Shown here piece by piece: positions 41,618-51,310 of a stretch of DNA of 64,000 nt. Within the stretch, counting starts at the first letter, position 1. Each line of letters begins with the position of its first letter. Under the pieces are notes generated by a model. The model saw only the letters and a list, made by a program, of their open reading frames with translations. It searched no databases and had not been told where the DNA came from. Origin of the DNA: an uncultured Spirochaetia bacterium (GTDB lineage: Bacteria > Spirochaetota > Spirochaetia > CAZBHR01); NCBI GenBank assembly GCA_964492025.1, contig CAZBHR010000001.1, positions 156,315-220,314 on the forward strand, written 5' to 3'. The translations under genes and the position numbers were made by a program.

Positions 41618-42842
41618 TACAGTTACCTACACAGGCAAGGTTCTTGCGGGTCTTCTCTTTTTTGTAGGTGGATTCCTTTACATTGCTAGCTACTTCTCAG
41701 GACTCTACTTTATGGGAGGAGGAGTTGCAATTCTGGGAGGACTTACCATTGCAGATCAGGGCATATCAGTTTTTCTTAAAAAACTTATCTATCTTGGTAA
41801 AAAAGCGGTTACCCCTTGTATAGGAGTGCTCATAGCACTTCTTCTTGGTGCAGTCCTCATGCTACTTACGGGGTATAACCCTATTGTCTCATACAAGGCA
41901 CTGCTATATGGAGGGTTTATCGCAAACTGGCACATATCCATACTCAATGCGGTACCTCTTATGTTTACGGGATTGTCTATTGCCTTTGCCTTTCAGGCTG
42001 GGTTATTTAATATCGGAGCAGAGGGGCAATACTACATTGGTGCTATGGCGGCTACCTGGCTAGGGTTACGACTTGATTTGAACCCCCTGTTTATTATCCC
42101 TCTTATTTTTATTATTGCTGGCTTTGCAGGAGCAGCGTACAATGCTATTCCTGCACTTCTTAAGGTGAAAACTGGGGCTTCCGAGGTAGTGACAACTATG
42201 ATGTTTGCTTACATTGCCACTACCCTATCCTCTCTCTTTGTAAAAGCAAATGGAGGAGACCCCGCAACGTCTACCCACGCATATATTACGGACACTATAT
42301 ATACATCAGCGTGGCTTCCTCGATTTAAAGCTATTTTACCAAATGCAAACTACCGACTTCATATAGGAATTCTTATTGCTATTGGAACGGCATTTTTAGT
42401 ACATATAATTTTATATAAAACAAAGGTTGGCTTTGAAATTAGAGCGGTAGGATCCAATAAAGAGGCAGCAAGAACTCAGGGAATATCAATAGGAAAGACA
42501 ATTACCATTGCCATGATGGGGGCAGGATTTCTTGCATCAATGTCTGGAGTAACTCAGGTACTTGGGTTGGATCACAAAATGTTTGAAAACCTTAACGCAG
42601 GGTATGGATGGAATGGTATTGCCGTGGCACTCCTTGCGGGAAATTCTCCTATTGGTGTTATTTTCACTGCCCTTCTCTGGGGTGTTCTTGATGCGGGTGG
42701 ACAGTACATGGCAAGAACAGTACAAACATCTAATGCCATTGTAGAGATCATAAAAGGGACAATACTTTTTCTTATCTTAGCAAAATATTTGGTACAATCT
42801 ATCTTCCTTCGAAGAGCTAAAAAGCAAGGGAGGTCCTTATGA
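41610..42842 (+). CDS. Nucleoside ABC permease (NupB-like)
   Basis: GLFNIGAEGQ, SEVVTTMM, GFEIRAVG, GYGWNGIAVALL. Confidence 0.9.
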   Translation: MNNTVTYTGKVLAGLLFFVGGFLYIASYFSGLYFMGGGVAILGGLTIADQGISVFLKKLIYLGKKAVTPCIGVLIALLLGAVLMLLTGYNPIVSYKALLYGGFIANWHISILNAVPLMFTGLSIAFAFQAGLFNIGAEGQYYIGAMAATWLGLRLDLNPLFIIPLIFIIAGFAGAAYNAIPALLKVKTGASEVVTTMMFAYIATTLSSLFVKANGGDPATSTHAYITDTIYTSAWLPRFKAILPNANYRLHIGILIAIGTAFLVHIILYKTKVGFEIRAVGSNKEAARTQGISIGKTITIAMMGAGFLASMSGVTQVLGLDHKMFENLNAGYGWNGIAVALLAGNSPIGVIFTALLWGVLDAGGQYMARTVQTSNAIVEIIKGTILFLILAKYLVQSIFLRRAKKQGRSL

Positions 42843-43795
42843 GTTTTTTTGAACTGTTCAATATAGAGTTTTTCATTGCCGCTATGCGACTCACAACGCC
42901 AATTGCACTGGCTGCCATTGGGGCAACTATTTGTGAGCGTGCTGGAATTATTAATATTGCCATGGAAGGCATGATGCTCATAGGAGCGTTTTTTGCAGCA
43001 TGGTTAGCCTGGCTCACAGGAAACCCATGGATGGGACTTATTGGAGGAATGGTTGCAGGTGGTACCATTGCACTCTTTCATGCATGGGCAACAATAACCC
43101 TACACCTAAATCACGTAGTATCAGGAGCTGTTATTAATATCCTTGGTTTTGGAGTTACCCGTTACCTGATGGCACTGATTTATAAAAGGCAGGGAACCTC
43201 TGAAATTATTAGACACACCCTAGGTGACTATCGTTGGGAAATACCACTACTTTCAAAAATTCCCATTATTGGGCCAATTTTGTTTAACCAAACACCCATT
43301 GTATACCTAACCATACTATTAATCATATTCTTTATGTGGATGATGAAGAAAAGCAGATTAGGATTACACATAAAAGCAGCAGGAGAACACCCTATTGCTC
43401 TAGAAACATTAGGAATATCTGTAAAGAAGGTTCGTTATACCGCAGTCATCATAAGTGGTATTCTCTGTGGTATTGCAGGTGCTTACCTCTCTATAGAGAA
43501 CGGTAACAGTTTCTCAGAAGGGATGACAAGTGGAAGAGGATTCATTGCCCTTGGAGCAAATATTGCTGGAGGATGGACTATTTTAGGAAGTGCCATTGCA
43601 TCCTTTTTCTTTGGACTAGTAGACGCCTTTGCCCTACGAATTCAGGTGCATGGAATTTTAAAGGTTCCCTCAGAGGTGTTCTCATTAATCCCCTACGTAG
43701 CAGCACTGTTAGCAATTGCTGGATTTGTAAAAAGATCAAGAGCTCCAAAAGCATTGGGACAAGACTTTGCCATAGAAAGGACAGATATAGAGTAA
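42839..43795 (+). CDS. Nucleoside ABC permease (NupC-like)
   Basis: ERAGIINIAMEG, AAGEHP, GRGFIAL, IPYV. Confidence 0.9.
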   Translation: MSFFELFNIEFFIAAMRLTTPIALAAIGATICERAGIINIAMEGMMLIGAFFAAWLAWLTGNPWMGLIGGMVAGGTIALFHAWATITLHLNHVVSGAVINILGFGVTRYLMALIYKRQGTSEIIRHTLGDYRWEIPLLSKIPIIGPILFNQTPIVYLTILLIIFFMWMMKKSRLGLHIKAAGEHPIALETLGISVKKVRYTAVIISGILCGIAGAYLSIENGNSFSEGMTSGRGFIALGANIAGGWTILGSAIASFFFGLVDAFALRIQVHGILKVPSEVFSLIPYVAALLAIAGFVKRSRAPKALGQDFAIERTDIE

Positions 43796-43837
43796 TATTT
43801 AGGCAGAAGCCTAATAATATATAAGGAGAAATAAAAG

Positions 43838-44929
43838 ATGAAAAAGAAGGCAATTATTGGGTTCTTGGTAGTGGCACTACTATCCTTGACACTTATAGGA
43901 TGTTCAAAGAGTGAAAGCTCTCAACAGTCCGGTTCTTCAAGCACCAATGAGACCACAAAAACAGCTAAAAAGCTTATCGTGGGAATGGCAACCGATGCAA
44001 ATGGGTTGGGAGATGGATCCTTTAACGACGGTGTATACGCAGGGTTAAAGCAAGCAGAAGATGAAGGTCTTATTGAGATTCGTCTCATTGAACCTACCTC
44101 AATGACAGATTACGTTCCTAACCTATCTGGACTTGCGGAAGATGGAGCAGATATTGTATTTGCGGTTGGGTTTCTTTTTGCCGATGCTCTTCTTGAGGTT
44201 GCGCCTAACTATCCAGACACCATGTTTGCGGGAATCGACCTATCATTTGATCCTTCAACCATGCCTAGCAATGTATTAGGAATTAACTGGAAAGAGCAAG
44301 AATCAGGATACCTAGCGGGAGTTGTTGCAGGACTCATGACTAAGGAGTATGCAGACCGATCAGATAAGCTTAATGACCAAAATGTTATTGGAGCGGTACT
44401 TGGTATGGATATTCCCCCTGTGGTACGATACTTTGCAGGTTTTGCAGCAGGAGCAAAGTCAGTTAACCCTGATGTGAAAGTACTCTCAGTTGTTACCGGA
44501 GATTTTGCAGACCAAGCAAAGGGAAAAGAGGCAACCATTGCAATGGCAGAGAAAGGTGCTGATGTAGTAATCCAGTTTGCAGGACTTACAGGAATGGGTA
44601 TTTTTACAGCGGCAAAAGAGAAAAACATTACCGTAATGGGTGCCGATATTGATCAATCTTGGGCTGCACCAGAATACACCATGACATCCGCTCTAAAAGG
44701 AACAACCCAAGCTACCTACCTTACGGTAAAATCCTTTCTTGAAGGAACCTTTGAGGCTGGGACTAACGTAGTATTTGGTCTTCAGGAAAATGCAATTGAC
44801 CTTGCTCCTTACCACAACTTTGAATCTGTAGTACCCCAGGAGGTACGAGATGCAGTTGAATATGCTAAGCAGCAGATTCTTACTGGTGAAGTAGTAGTTC
44901 CCGAAACACGAGAACAAGCTGGACTATAG
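43838..44929 (+). CDS. BMP-family nucleoside-binding lipoprotein (PnrA/TmpC-like)
   Basis: Lipobox LIGC; GLGDGSFN, AVGF, EQESGYLAG, GADIDQ, TSALK. Confidence 0.92.
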   Translation: MKKKAIIGFLVVALLSLTLIGCSKSESSQQSGSSSTNETTKTAKKLIVGMATDANGLGDGSFNDGVYAGLKQAEDEGLIEIRLIEPTSMTDYVPNLSGLAEDGADIVFAVGFLFADALLEVAPNYPDTMFAGIDLSFDPSTMPSNVLGINWKEQESGYLAGVVAGLMTKEYADRSDKLNDQNVIGAVLGMDIPPVVRYFAGFAAGAKSVNPDVKVLSVVTGDFADQAKGKEATIAMAEKGADVVIQFAGLTGMGIFTAAKEKNITVMGADIDQSWAAPEYTMTSALKGTTQATYLTVKSFLEGTFEAGTNVVFGLQENAIDLAPYHNFESVVPQEVRDAVEYAKQQILTGEVVVPETREQAGL

Positions 44930-44955
44930 TACTTATAGCCATGTAACATGATTAT

Positions 44956-44994
44956 AAATGGGAGTACTTCAAAGTAGTTGAGGTACTCTCATTT
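44956..44994 (+). terminator. Long hairpin between the BMP and PNP genes (terminator or mRNA stabiliser)
   Basis: AAATGGGAGTACTTC...GAGGTACTCTCATTT inverted repeat. Confidence 0.55.
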
Positions 44995-45017
44995 CTTTGT
45001 ATGAAGGAGAGTAAACG

Positions 45018-45827
45018 GTGAAAACACTAGAAGAGGCAAAACAGTATATCCAAAACCACGTCAAGGACATTCCAGAAACCGCAATTATCCTAGGGTCTGG
45101 CCTAGGACACATAGCAGAGAATCTTACGGAAGCGGTAGTAATTCCCTATAAAGAGATTCCGGGGTTCCCCGTATCAACTGCACCAGGACACGCATCCCAG
45201 CTGATTATTGGTAAACTTTCAGGAGTTCCTGTTATCCTATTTAAGGGTCGATTCCACCTTTACGAAGGGTATCGTATGGAGCAGATAGCCTTCCCTATTC
45301 GTTGTCTAAAACTGTTAGGCTGTAAAACACTCATCCTCACAAATGCTGCGGGAGGAGTGAATCAGGAGTTTGCTCCAGGAGACCTCATGGTTATATCCGA
45401 CCATATCAATATGACAGGTCAAAACCCTCTCATTGGACAAAACTACGATACCCTAGGTCCAAGGTTTCCCGATCTCTCATACCTCTACTCCCCCTCTCTA
45501 CGAACCCTAGCTCACACCTCTGCGCAGGAGTTGGGAATATCACTCAAAGAGGGTGTATACGCATGGATGACCGGTCCATCTTTTGAAACACCCGCAGAGA
45601 TTACAATGGTACGAAACAATGGTGGAGATGCAGTTGGAATGTCAACCGTACCAGAAGCTATTACCGCAGCACACTCGGGAATACAGGTTCTTGGTATCTC
45701 CTGTATCTCAAACATGGCAGCCGGTGTATTGGATCAACCTATAACAGAAAGTGAGGTTATGGAAATTGGTAAAATGGTTGCTAAGAACTTTGGGAAACTC
45801 ATAGAGAAGATTGTAAAACATATATAA
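45018..45827 (+). CDS. punA: Purine nucleoside phosphorylase (trimeric type)
   Basis: ILGSGLG, GRFHLYEG, TNAAGG, GPSFETPAE, VGMSTVPE, SNMA. Confidence 0.93.
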   Translation: MKTLEEAKQYIQNHVKDIPETAIILGSGLGHIAENLTEAVVIPYKEIPGFPVSTAPGHASQLIIGKLSGVPVILFKGRFHLYEGYRMEQIAFPIRCLKLLGCKTLILTNAAGGVNQEFAPGDLMVISDHINMTGQNPLIGQNYDTLGPRFPDLSYLYSPSLRTLAHTSAQELGISLKEGVYAWMTGPSFETPAEITMVRNNGGDAVGMSTVPEAITAAHSGIQVLGISCISNMAAGVLDQPITESEVMEIGKMVAKNFGKLIEKIVKHI

Positions 45828-45839
45828 AGCTCTCTACAT

Positions 45840-45871
45840 AAAAAAAGAGCCTTGCTTACAGCAAAGCTCTT
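45840..45871 (-). terminator. Terminator after tRNA-Pro
   Basis: AGAGCTTTGC...GCAAGGCTCT with a T-run on the minus strand. Confidence 0.75.
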
Positions 45872-45872
45872 A

Positions 45873-45946
45873 TCGGGCTGGGCGGATTCGAACCGCCGAC
45901 CCCAAGTCCCCCAGACTTGTACGCTAAACCCCTGCGCTACAGCCCG
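45873..45946 (-). tRNA. tRNA-Pro (GGG), CCA not encoded
   Basis: CGGGCTG acceptor stem, CAAGT-CTGGGGG-ACTTG anticodon arm, GGTTCGAATCC T-arm. Confidence 0.95.
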
Positions 45947-46046
45947 TTATACGGTAAGAGGGAATATATCATATTTTCTCACCTTAGTCAAAGGGTGGGA
46001 GAAAAAACCCAAGGGCACTTTAGCTTTACTTTCTTGCTTTTCTCAT

Positions 46047-46097
46047 TATCTTCACACTATCTTCATATTGATACGGTACTCTTTATACAGTCATAAT
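46047..46097 (+). promoter_or_regulatory. OmpR-type direct-repeat site plus promoter
   Basis: TATCTTCA at 46047 and 46058 (11-bp period), just upstream of TTGATA-18-CATAAT. Confidence 0.6.
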
Positions 46098-46099
46098 GT

Positions 46100-46822
46100 A
46101 TGAAGGAGGTGCGTATTACAAGAATATTACTTTTAGAGGATGAAACAACTATTCGGGAAGTTACTACTGCATACTTAGAGCATAGTGGGTATCAGGTAAC
46201 AGTGGTAACCCATGGACGGGAGGCTTTGGAAGCTCTCTCAGAAATGGAATCCCAGGAAACCCCTTTTCATCTTGCTATACTCGACATTATGACACCCTTT
46301 GTTACGGGGCTTCAAGTATTAGAAGAGATTCACAAAAAGAAGATGAGTACTCCTGTTATCATGCTCACCGCCTTGAATGATGAAAAGACCCAACTTCAAG
46401 CGTTTGACCTCTATGCTGATGATTATGTAACAAAACCCTTCTCTCCCCAACTGCTCATAAAACGAGTTGAAGCTGTGTTGAGAAGATATCATAATAAAGA
46501 CTCTTCACTACCTTCTTTACAGGAGCAGGCGGGACTATTCATAGATAGAGATCGGTACAACCTATACTGGAATGGTACATCCCTTAAACTAACACTCACC
46601 GAGTTTCTTATCTTTGATCTGCTATACCAGTACCCTCATAAAACTTTCACAAGAACAGAACTTCTCGATTCTGTATTTAATGATGAATTTAACATAAATG
46701 ATCGTATTATTGATGCCCATATTAAAAACCTACGAAAGAAGCTTCCAGTCCCTCTTATTGAAACAGTTCGAGGAGTTGGATACGCCTTTAACAGGGAGGT
46801 GCAATTTGAAAATAGGCAATAA
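46100..46822 (+). CDS. OmpR-family response regulator (true start possibly ATT at 46115)
   Basis: ILLLEDE, ILDIM, MLTA, ADDYVTKPF, HIKNLRKK, ETVRGVGY. Confidence 0.95.
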   Translation: MKEVRITRILLLEDETTIREVTTAYLEHSGYQVTVVTHGREALEALSEMESQETPFHLAILDIMTPFVTGLQVLEEIHKKKMSTPVIMLTALNDEKTQLQAFDLYADDYVTKPFSPQLLIKRVEAVLRRYHNKDSSLPSLQEQAGLFIDRDRYNLYWNGTSLKLTLTEFLIFDLLYQYPHKTFTRTELLDSVFNDEFNINDRIIDAHIKNLRKKLPVPLIETVRGVGYAFNREVQFENRQ

Positions 46823-48335
46823 AATATTTCTCTACTCCATGGGAGTATCAATACTCACACTCCTAACTATTACTCTACTTTTCACCCTACTCTTTCCAGA
46901 TCTTTACCTTCAGAGTCTAGAAAATAAAAAACTTCAAGAACTCTACAAACTTCAGACCTATTATCAACAAAACAACACCCTTATACACTCTGGAGAGGGA
47001 TACGGTGTAAATACAATAACTCTGGCTATACAGCCTGAGACCTACGAGATACGTGCAGAAAGTGTACACGGTATGACTCAGGTACAAATTTCCGATCCTA
47101 CCCTACAACAGATTCTTACGGAAGCGACAACCACCAAGCTTGCGGATTTTGGTACTCTTTTTAAAGCAATTGAACCATATATTTCAAATCAGTTCACCGA
47201 TATGTTTCATGTAATAGATTCGCAAAAGTATGTGAACAATACAGAGGGTGTAGAGTTTTTTGAGATTATCAACTACCAAGGCATAGAAATATACAAGGGT
47301 GGTATACATATTGACGAAGGACAGTATCTGAATTTATTTACTCTCTATCAATCGGAAGATACTCTGTACATAACCTATGCACCACTTGTACAATCCTCAT
47401 TTCGAGGTATTGTACTCATCGCCCTACAAATCATTGGAGCTATTTTAGGAGTGCTTCTTGTAGCACTGTTTATTGTAAACTCTTACTTCTCCAGACAACT
47501 TAGCAAACCTATTCAAAAACTCACACAAACTACCTTAGAAAAGGAGTCTCTTTACCGTACAACCAGTATACCTATTCGAGAGGACAATGAGATAAAAGTA
47601 TTGGAACAGAGTCTCCATAACTTATTATCCACCTTAGAACACCATATTAAAGAGGTTGAACAGGAGAAAAAGAATCAGGAGTTCTTTATACAAGCCTCCT
47701 CCCACCAACTCAAAACTCCTATTGCATCATCACTCCTAGTGCTCTCTGGTATGATTGATAATATTGGAGTGTATAGAGATCATACTAACTATCTCCCCAA
47801 ATTAAAGATAGAGCTTCTGCGTCTGAAAGAGATAGTTGATAATATGCTCGCCATATCCCTAGATATCAATATCTCCTATGAACCGATAGATCTTCAAAGT
47901 TTTATTGCCACAATAAGTCAACAACATTCAGTACTCTGTGAAGAGAAGAGAATACACTTGCATAACAGTATAGATCCTAATCAGACAATTACCTCAAGCA
48001 GGATCATGCTGACTAGAATTGTTGAGAATATTATTGGTAATGCTATTACCTACTCTCCCGAGGAGAGCAGAGTAACTGTGAGATATGCCAATAATAGCCT
48101 CAGTATTGAAAACAGCAATACCCATATTGATGAAGCTATACTTCCCGCACTATGTAAACCATTCACACGGGGAGATACGGATACAGAAGGATCTGGGCTT
48201 GGGCTTTATATAGCATCCTACTACTGCTCCATCTTAGGATATACTCTCTCAATAAAAAATCATAAGAACAGTGTTCTTGTAGACATAGATATGTATAAAG
48301 GAGGAACCCATAGTGATTCCAATTATAGAAATTGA
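46806..48335 (+). CDS. Sensor histidine kinase (2 TM, HAMP)
   Basis: SHQLKTPI H-box, GNAITY N-box, GSGLGL G-box; TTG start after GGGAGG. Confidence 0.92.
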   Translation: MKIGNKIFLYSMGVSILTLLTITLLFTLLFPDLYLQSLENKKLQELYKLQTYYQQNNTLIHSGEGYGVNTITLAIQPETYEIRAESVHGMTQVQISDPTLQQILTEATTTKLADFGTLFKAIEPYISNQFTDMFHVIDSQKYVNNTEGVEFFEIINYQGIEIYKGGIHIDEGQYLNLFTLYQSEDTLYITYAPLVQSSFRGIVLIALQIIGAILGVLLVALFIVNSYFSRQLSKPIQKLTQTTLEKESLYRTTSIPIREDNEIKVLEQSLHNLLSTLEHHIKEVEQEKKNQEFFIQASSHQLKTPIASSLLVLSGMIDNIGVYRDHTNYLPKLKIELLRLKEIVDNMLAISLDINISYEPIDLQSFIATISQQHSVLCEEKRIHLHNSIDPNQTITSSRIMLTRIVENIIGNAITYSPEESRVTVRYANNSLSIENSNTHIDEAILPALCKPFTRGDTDTEGSGLGLYIASYYCSILGYTLSIKNHKNSVLVDIDMYKGGTHSDSNYRN

Positions 48336-49197
48336 TAACCTTCAGGTAAAGTATAAGGATCATATTGCCTTAGATATACATGAAAAGGTCACATTCTATC
48401 GAGGTGAGTGCATTGGAGTACTGGGAAATAACGGAGCAGGAAAAACAACATTCATCAATGCGTGCATTGGAGGGGTTCCATACTCTGGAAACATTTCCAC
48501 CCCCCTAAGCTTTCAAGATATGGCGGTGCATCTTCAGGAGAATACCTATATATCTGCTGTATCAATCCAGTCACTTATTGAGACTATTTTAGAAACCTCT
48601 CTTAAGGATAATACAAGATTGGTAGAACTTATTGAGTTTTTCTCATTTCAAGGGTGTCTCAAAAAAAAATTTAAACACCTATCGGGAGGAGAGAAACAGA
48701 AACTTACCCTTATACTGGTTATGATGCAGAATAAAGAGCTGATATTCTTTGATGAGATAACCTCTGGATTAGATTTCCTTACAAGACAGGAGCTTGTAGG
48801 TAAAATTAAAGAGTGGTATCAAAACACTCAATCAACTCTCTTTTTTGTATCCCACTATTACGACGAACTGGAAAATTTTACGGATACCCTCATGATTTTA
48901 GACAAGGGTAGATTGATTGACTACGGAAAAACAAAAGAGCTATTTAAAAAATACTGTGGACACTCAACTATTACGGTAAACCTGAAAGAAGAAAAAGAGC
49001 TATCTTTGATTACTGACAGTAGTACATTTTACAAAAAAGGATGGCATACAATCTGCTCAAAAACAAAGGACCAAACATCCAAAATTCTAGAACAACTCAT
49101 GGATACAGAAATAGAGTACCATGTGAGCTATTTAAACTTAGAAGCAATTTATACAAAAGCACTTGAAGCAAGGGGAATAAGCAATGAAAAGAGGTAA
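48313..49197 (+). CDS. ABC exporter ATP-binding protein
   Basis: GNNGAGKT, LSGGEKQ, FFDE, SH. Confidence 0.92.
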   Translation: MIPIIEIDNLQVKYKDHIALDIHEKVTFYRGECIGVLGNNGAGKTTFINACIGGVPYSGNISTPLSFQDMAVHLQENTYISAVSIQSLIETILETSLKDNTRLVELIEFFSFQGCLKKKFKHLSGGEKQKLTLILVMMQNKELIFFDEITSGLDFLTRQELVGKIKEWYQNTQSTLFFVSHYYDELENFTDTLMILDKGRLIDYGKTKELFKKYCGHSTITVNLKEEKELSLITDSSTFYKKGWHTICSKTKDQTSKILEQLMDTEIEYHVSYLNLEAIYTKALEARGISNEKR

Positions 49198-49942
49198 CCT
49201 ATTACAATGCGAAATCATGACTATTATTACATCTCCTTTAAATATTATCTTTTCACTTTTCTTTCCCATATTTATGTTGCAAATCATGTATAATGCAATT
49301 GTAGGAGATATCCCAGAAGCTGGAGTTGAAATGTTTGGTATTACCCTATTTCTTTCATATCTCCTTATTATTCCTATGGCACTCATTCTTATGGGGTTTA
49401 CCACCGATACTGCAGAACAACGAATCAGTGGAGTTCTTCGACGCCTACACCTATTTGGATTTTCCTATGGAAAAATTATTTCCCATAAAATTTTGGCAAA
49501 CCTTCTAGTCCTCCTCTTTTGCATCACAATTTACGTAATATTAGGAGTTTCTGTTCTTCCTCTACCAGCACCAAACATATCATCACTCATCACCAGTATT
49601 GCAGCACTGACACTTCTTACCTTTTTACTTTTTCTCATTGGATCGATTATTGCATTAGTTGTTCCAAATAATGGGACAGCCTTATCTTTATCCCTTATCA
49701 TATATTTTACTATTATGATTTTTTCTGGACTTATGGGAGTATCTCCCGATACAATGCCAAGAGCTGTGCAGGTAGCATCAAAAACACTACCCACCTACCA
49801 TATTGTACATAAGATTCCTCCGTATTGGGTTTCTGGGGGACTTAATGGAGGCACACTTTTTCTCTACCTCTTTTTCTACATCTCCACTTTTTCAGTGATA
49901 CTCCTACTGGTATCACGAAAAAGAATTCGTCGAGTAACTTAG
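49184..49942 (+). CDS. ABC-2 type permease
   Basis: About 6 TM segments; FSG...MP...LPTYH ABC-2 pattern. Confidence 0.82.
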   Translation: MKRGNLLQCEIMTIITSPLNIIFSLFFPIFMLQIMYNAIVGDIPEAGVEMFGITLFLSYLLIIPMALILMGFTTDTAEQRISGVLRRLHLFGFSYGKIISHKILANLLVLLFCITIYVILGVSVLPLPAPNISSLITSIAALTLLTFLLFLIGSIIALVVPNNGTALSLSLIIYFTIMIFSGLMGVSPDTMPRAVQVASKTLPTYHIVHKIPPYWVSGGLNGGTLFLYLFFYISTFSVILLLVSRKRIRRVT

Positions 49943-50058
49943 GGGGAAAAGAAGACTTTATAGGTTAACCAAGAGCCATCATAGGAATTATAGCACCCCC
50001 TATTATCGTATTATTCGATGTCCCGAAACTTGAAGCACAGAGCAAGAAGAGAATTTCC

Positions 50059-50712
50059 TCACCAACACCCTCTTACCAACAATCCTATGATTATGATGAT
50101 AATGATTAAACCCAAACAACCAGAACCATCATCTGTATTATAAGAAATCTTCCTTAAAAGACGCTCTTGTCTGATATTTTGCTTTACAAGGGATTCGTGT
50201 ATCGCATTGTTCTCTATAAGAGATTCTTGCATTTTCTGCTTATTGATTTCACCTTCTCTTTCAAGATATGCAATTTTAGATTTTAGCAAAGCGACAGACT
50301 CTTCCTGCTCATGATTTTGTCCCTGTATAAAACTAGGAATATCAGAATCTTGTTTATTTTCTTGAGATATGGCCTCTAATCCCTTGGTCTCTTCCGAGTA
50401 TGATTCAGCTTTATCTTGGTCGTTAGGTTCAGCCCCCTCCGCTCCATGATCAGAGAAAATAAAACTTATATTATTATGATTCCCTAAAAATTCGGCATCT
50501 CCTAAATCTTCAATCTCTTGGAGAAATTCGCTTAAAAGCTTCTCGGTATAAATTCTTAATGGTTCTTCGGAGTAAATCCACAAACCACTCTTGCCTTTTG
50601 TTTTTAATTTATACGTATATTCATCATTAAAAATTTTGAACTGCTGCGTTATATCATATAATTCAATATTTGGCTTTAACCTAAGTTTAAGAATATAATT
50701 TGCTCTCTTCAT
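50059..50712 (-). CDS. Hypothetical AT-rich protein with a coiled coil and C-terminal TM
   Basis: 217-aa ORF with SD GAGGAG; GCLGLIIIIIIIGLL tail; no recognised domain. Confidence 0.6.
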   Translation of the reverse strand: MKRANYILKLRLKPNIELYDITQQFKIFNDEYTYKLKTKGKSGLWIYSEEPLRIYTEKLLSEFLQEIEDLGDAEFLGNHNNISFIFSDHGAEGAEPNDQDKAESYSEETKGLEAISQENKQDSDIPSFIQGQNHEQEESVALLKSKIAYLEREGEINKQKMQESLIENNAIHESLVKQNIRQERLLRKISYNTDDGSGCLGLIIIIIIIGLLVRGCW

Positions 50713-50857
50713 ATTTCTCCTCTTTTCTGTACAATACAAGTTCTTTCCTATTTATGCTAGGTAATGGAGTTGTGCTTATTTGTTTTCGTATAGATATTCT
50801 CGTACAAAAGCGAAAGCCCCCCAGAAAACCCTTTGGTAAGCCCCCACCCTTACCACA

Positions 50858-50890
50858 ATACAAAGCTCCTGCGCAACAGGAGCTTTGTAT
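50858..50890 (-). terminator. Perfect 14-bp hairpin after the MFS remnant
   Basis: ATACAAAGCTCCTG-CGCAA-CAGGAGCTTTGTAT. Confidence 0.7.
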
Positions 50891-50906
50891 GATAAAGAGA
50901 GGCCAC

Positions 50907-51117
50907 TTACTCTTCGACCTTTCCATGTCGTCGATTATGGGACCACTCAGAGATCTCACGCTCCTTCTCCTTATTAAAGGGGTTCAACATCAATGGAATT
51001 ATAGCAAGAAGATACATAATAGAAGGCAACCAGGTACTCGCCACCCGGATACCAAGAATAGCCTCTTCGGTTTGAACCAGAGTACCTTGCTCATATCCAA
51101 AATATTTTATAAGTGCC
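50907..51117 (-). pseudogene. 3' remnant of a GPH-family MFS transporter paralogous to 51827..53224
   Basis: ALIKYFGY...NPFNK..EREISEWSHNRRHG aligns with the C-terminus of the intact copy; 5' part absent. Confidence 0.85.
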
Positions 51118-51279
51118 AAAAATATCTATGAAGCGTTACCTCTTGAAAAAAACATTCGAGATCACTCAAATATATTAGAGGCCATCCAATCAAAGGAAGA
51201 AGAGATTAGCATAATTAGAATTAGAGACCACCTATTAAGAAAAATAGAAAAAGATGATATAGGTTCCCTAAGTCACTAA
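51118..51279 (+). pseudogene. 3' remnant of a GntR/FadR-family regulator (end of FCD domain)
   Basis: Manual translation KNIYEALPLEKNIRDHSNILEAIQSKEEEISIIRIRDHLLRK...SH* resembles the FCD 'H..IL.AI...........HL' helix pair; no start codon. Confidence 0.55.
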
Positions 51280-51310
51280 AACTATCAATACATAGGTATC
51301 CTCCACCTCC

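Noticed and set aside
49827-50832. Inverted repeats GGGTTT(T)CTGGGGG flanking the AT-rich gene
   Set aside because: One copy is inside the permease coding sequence (WVSGGL) and the match is short and imperfect, so probably chance
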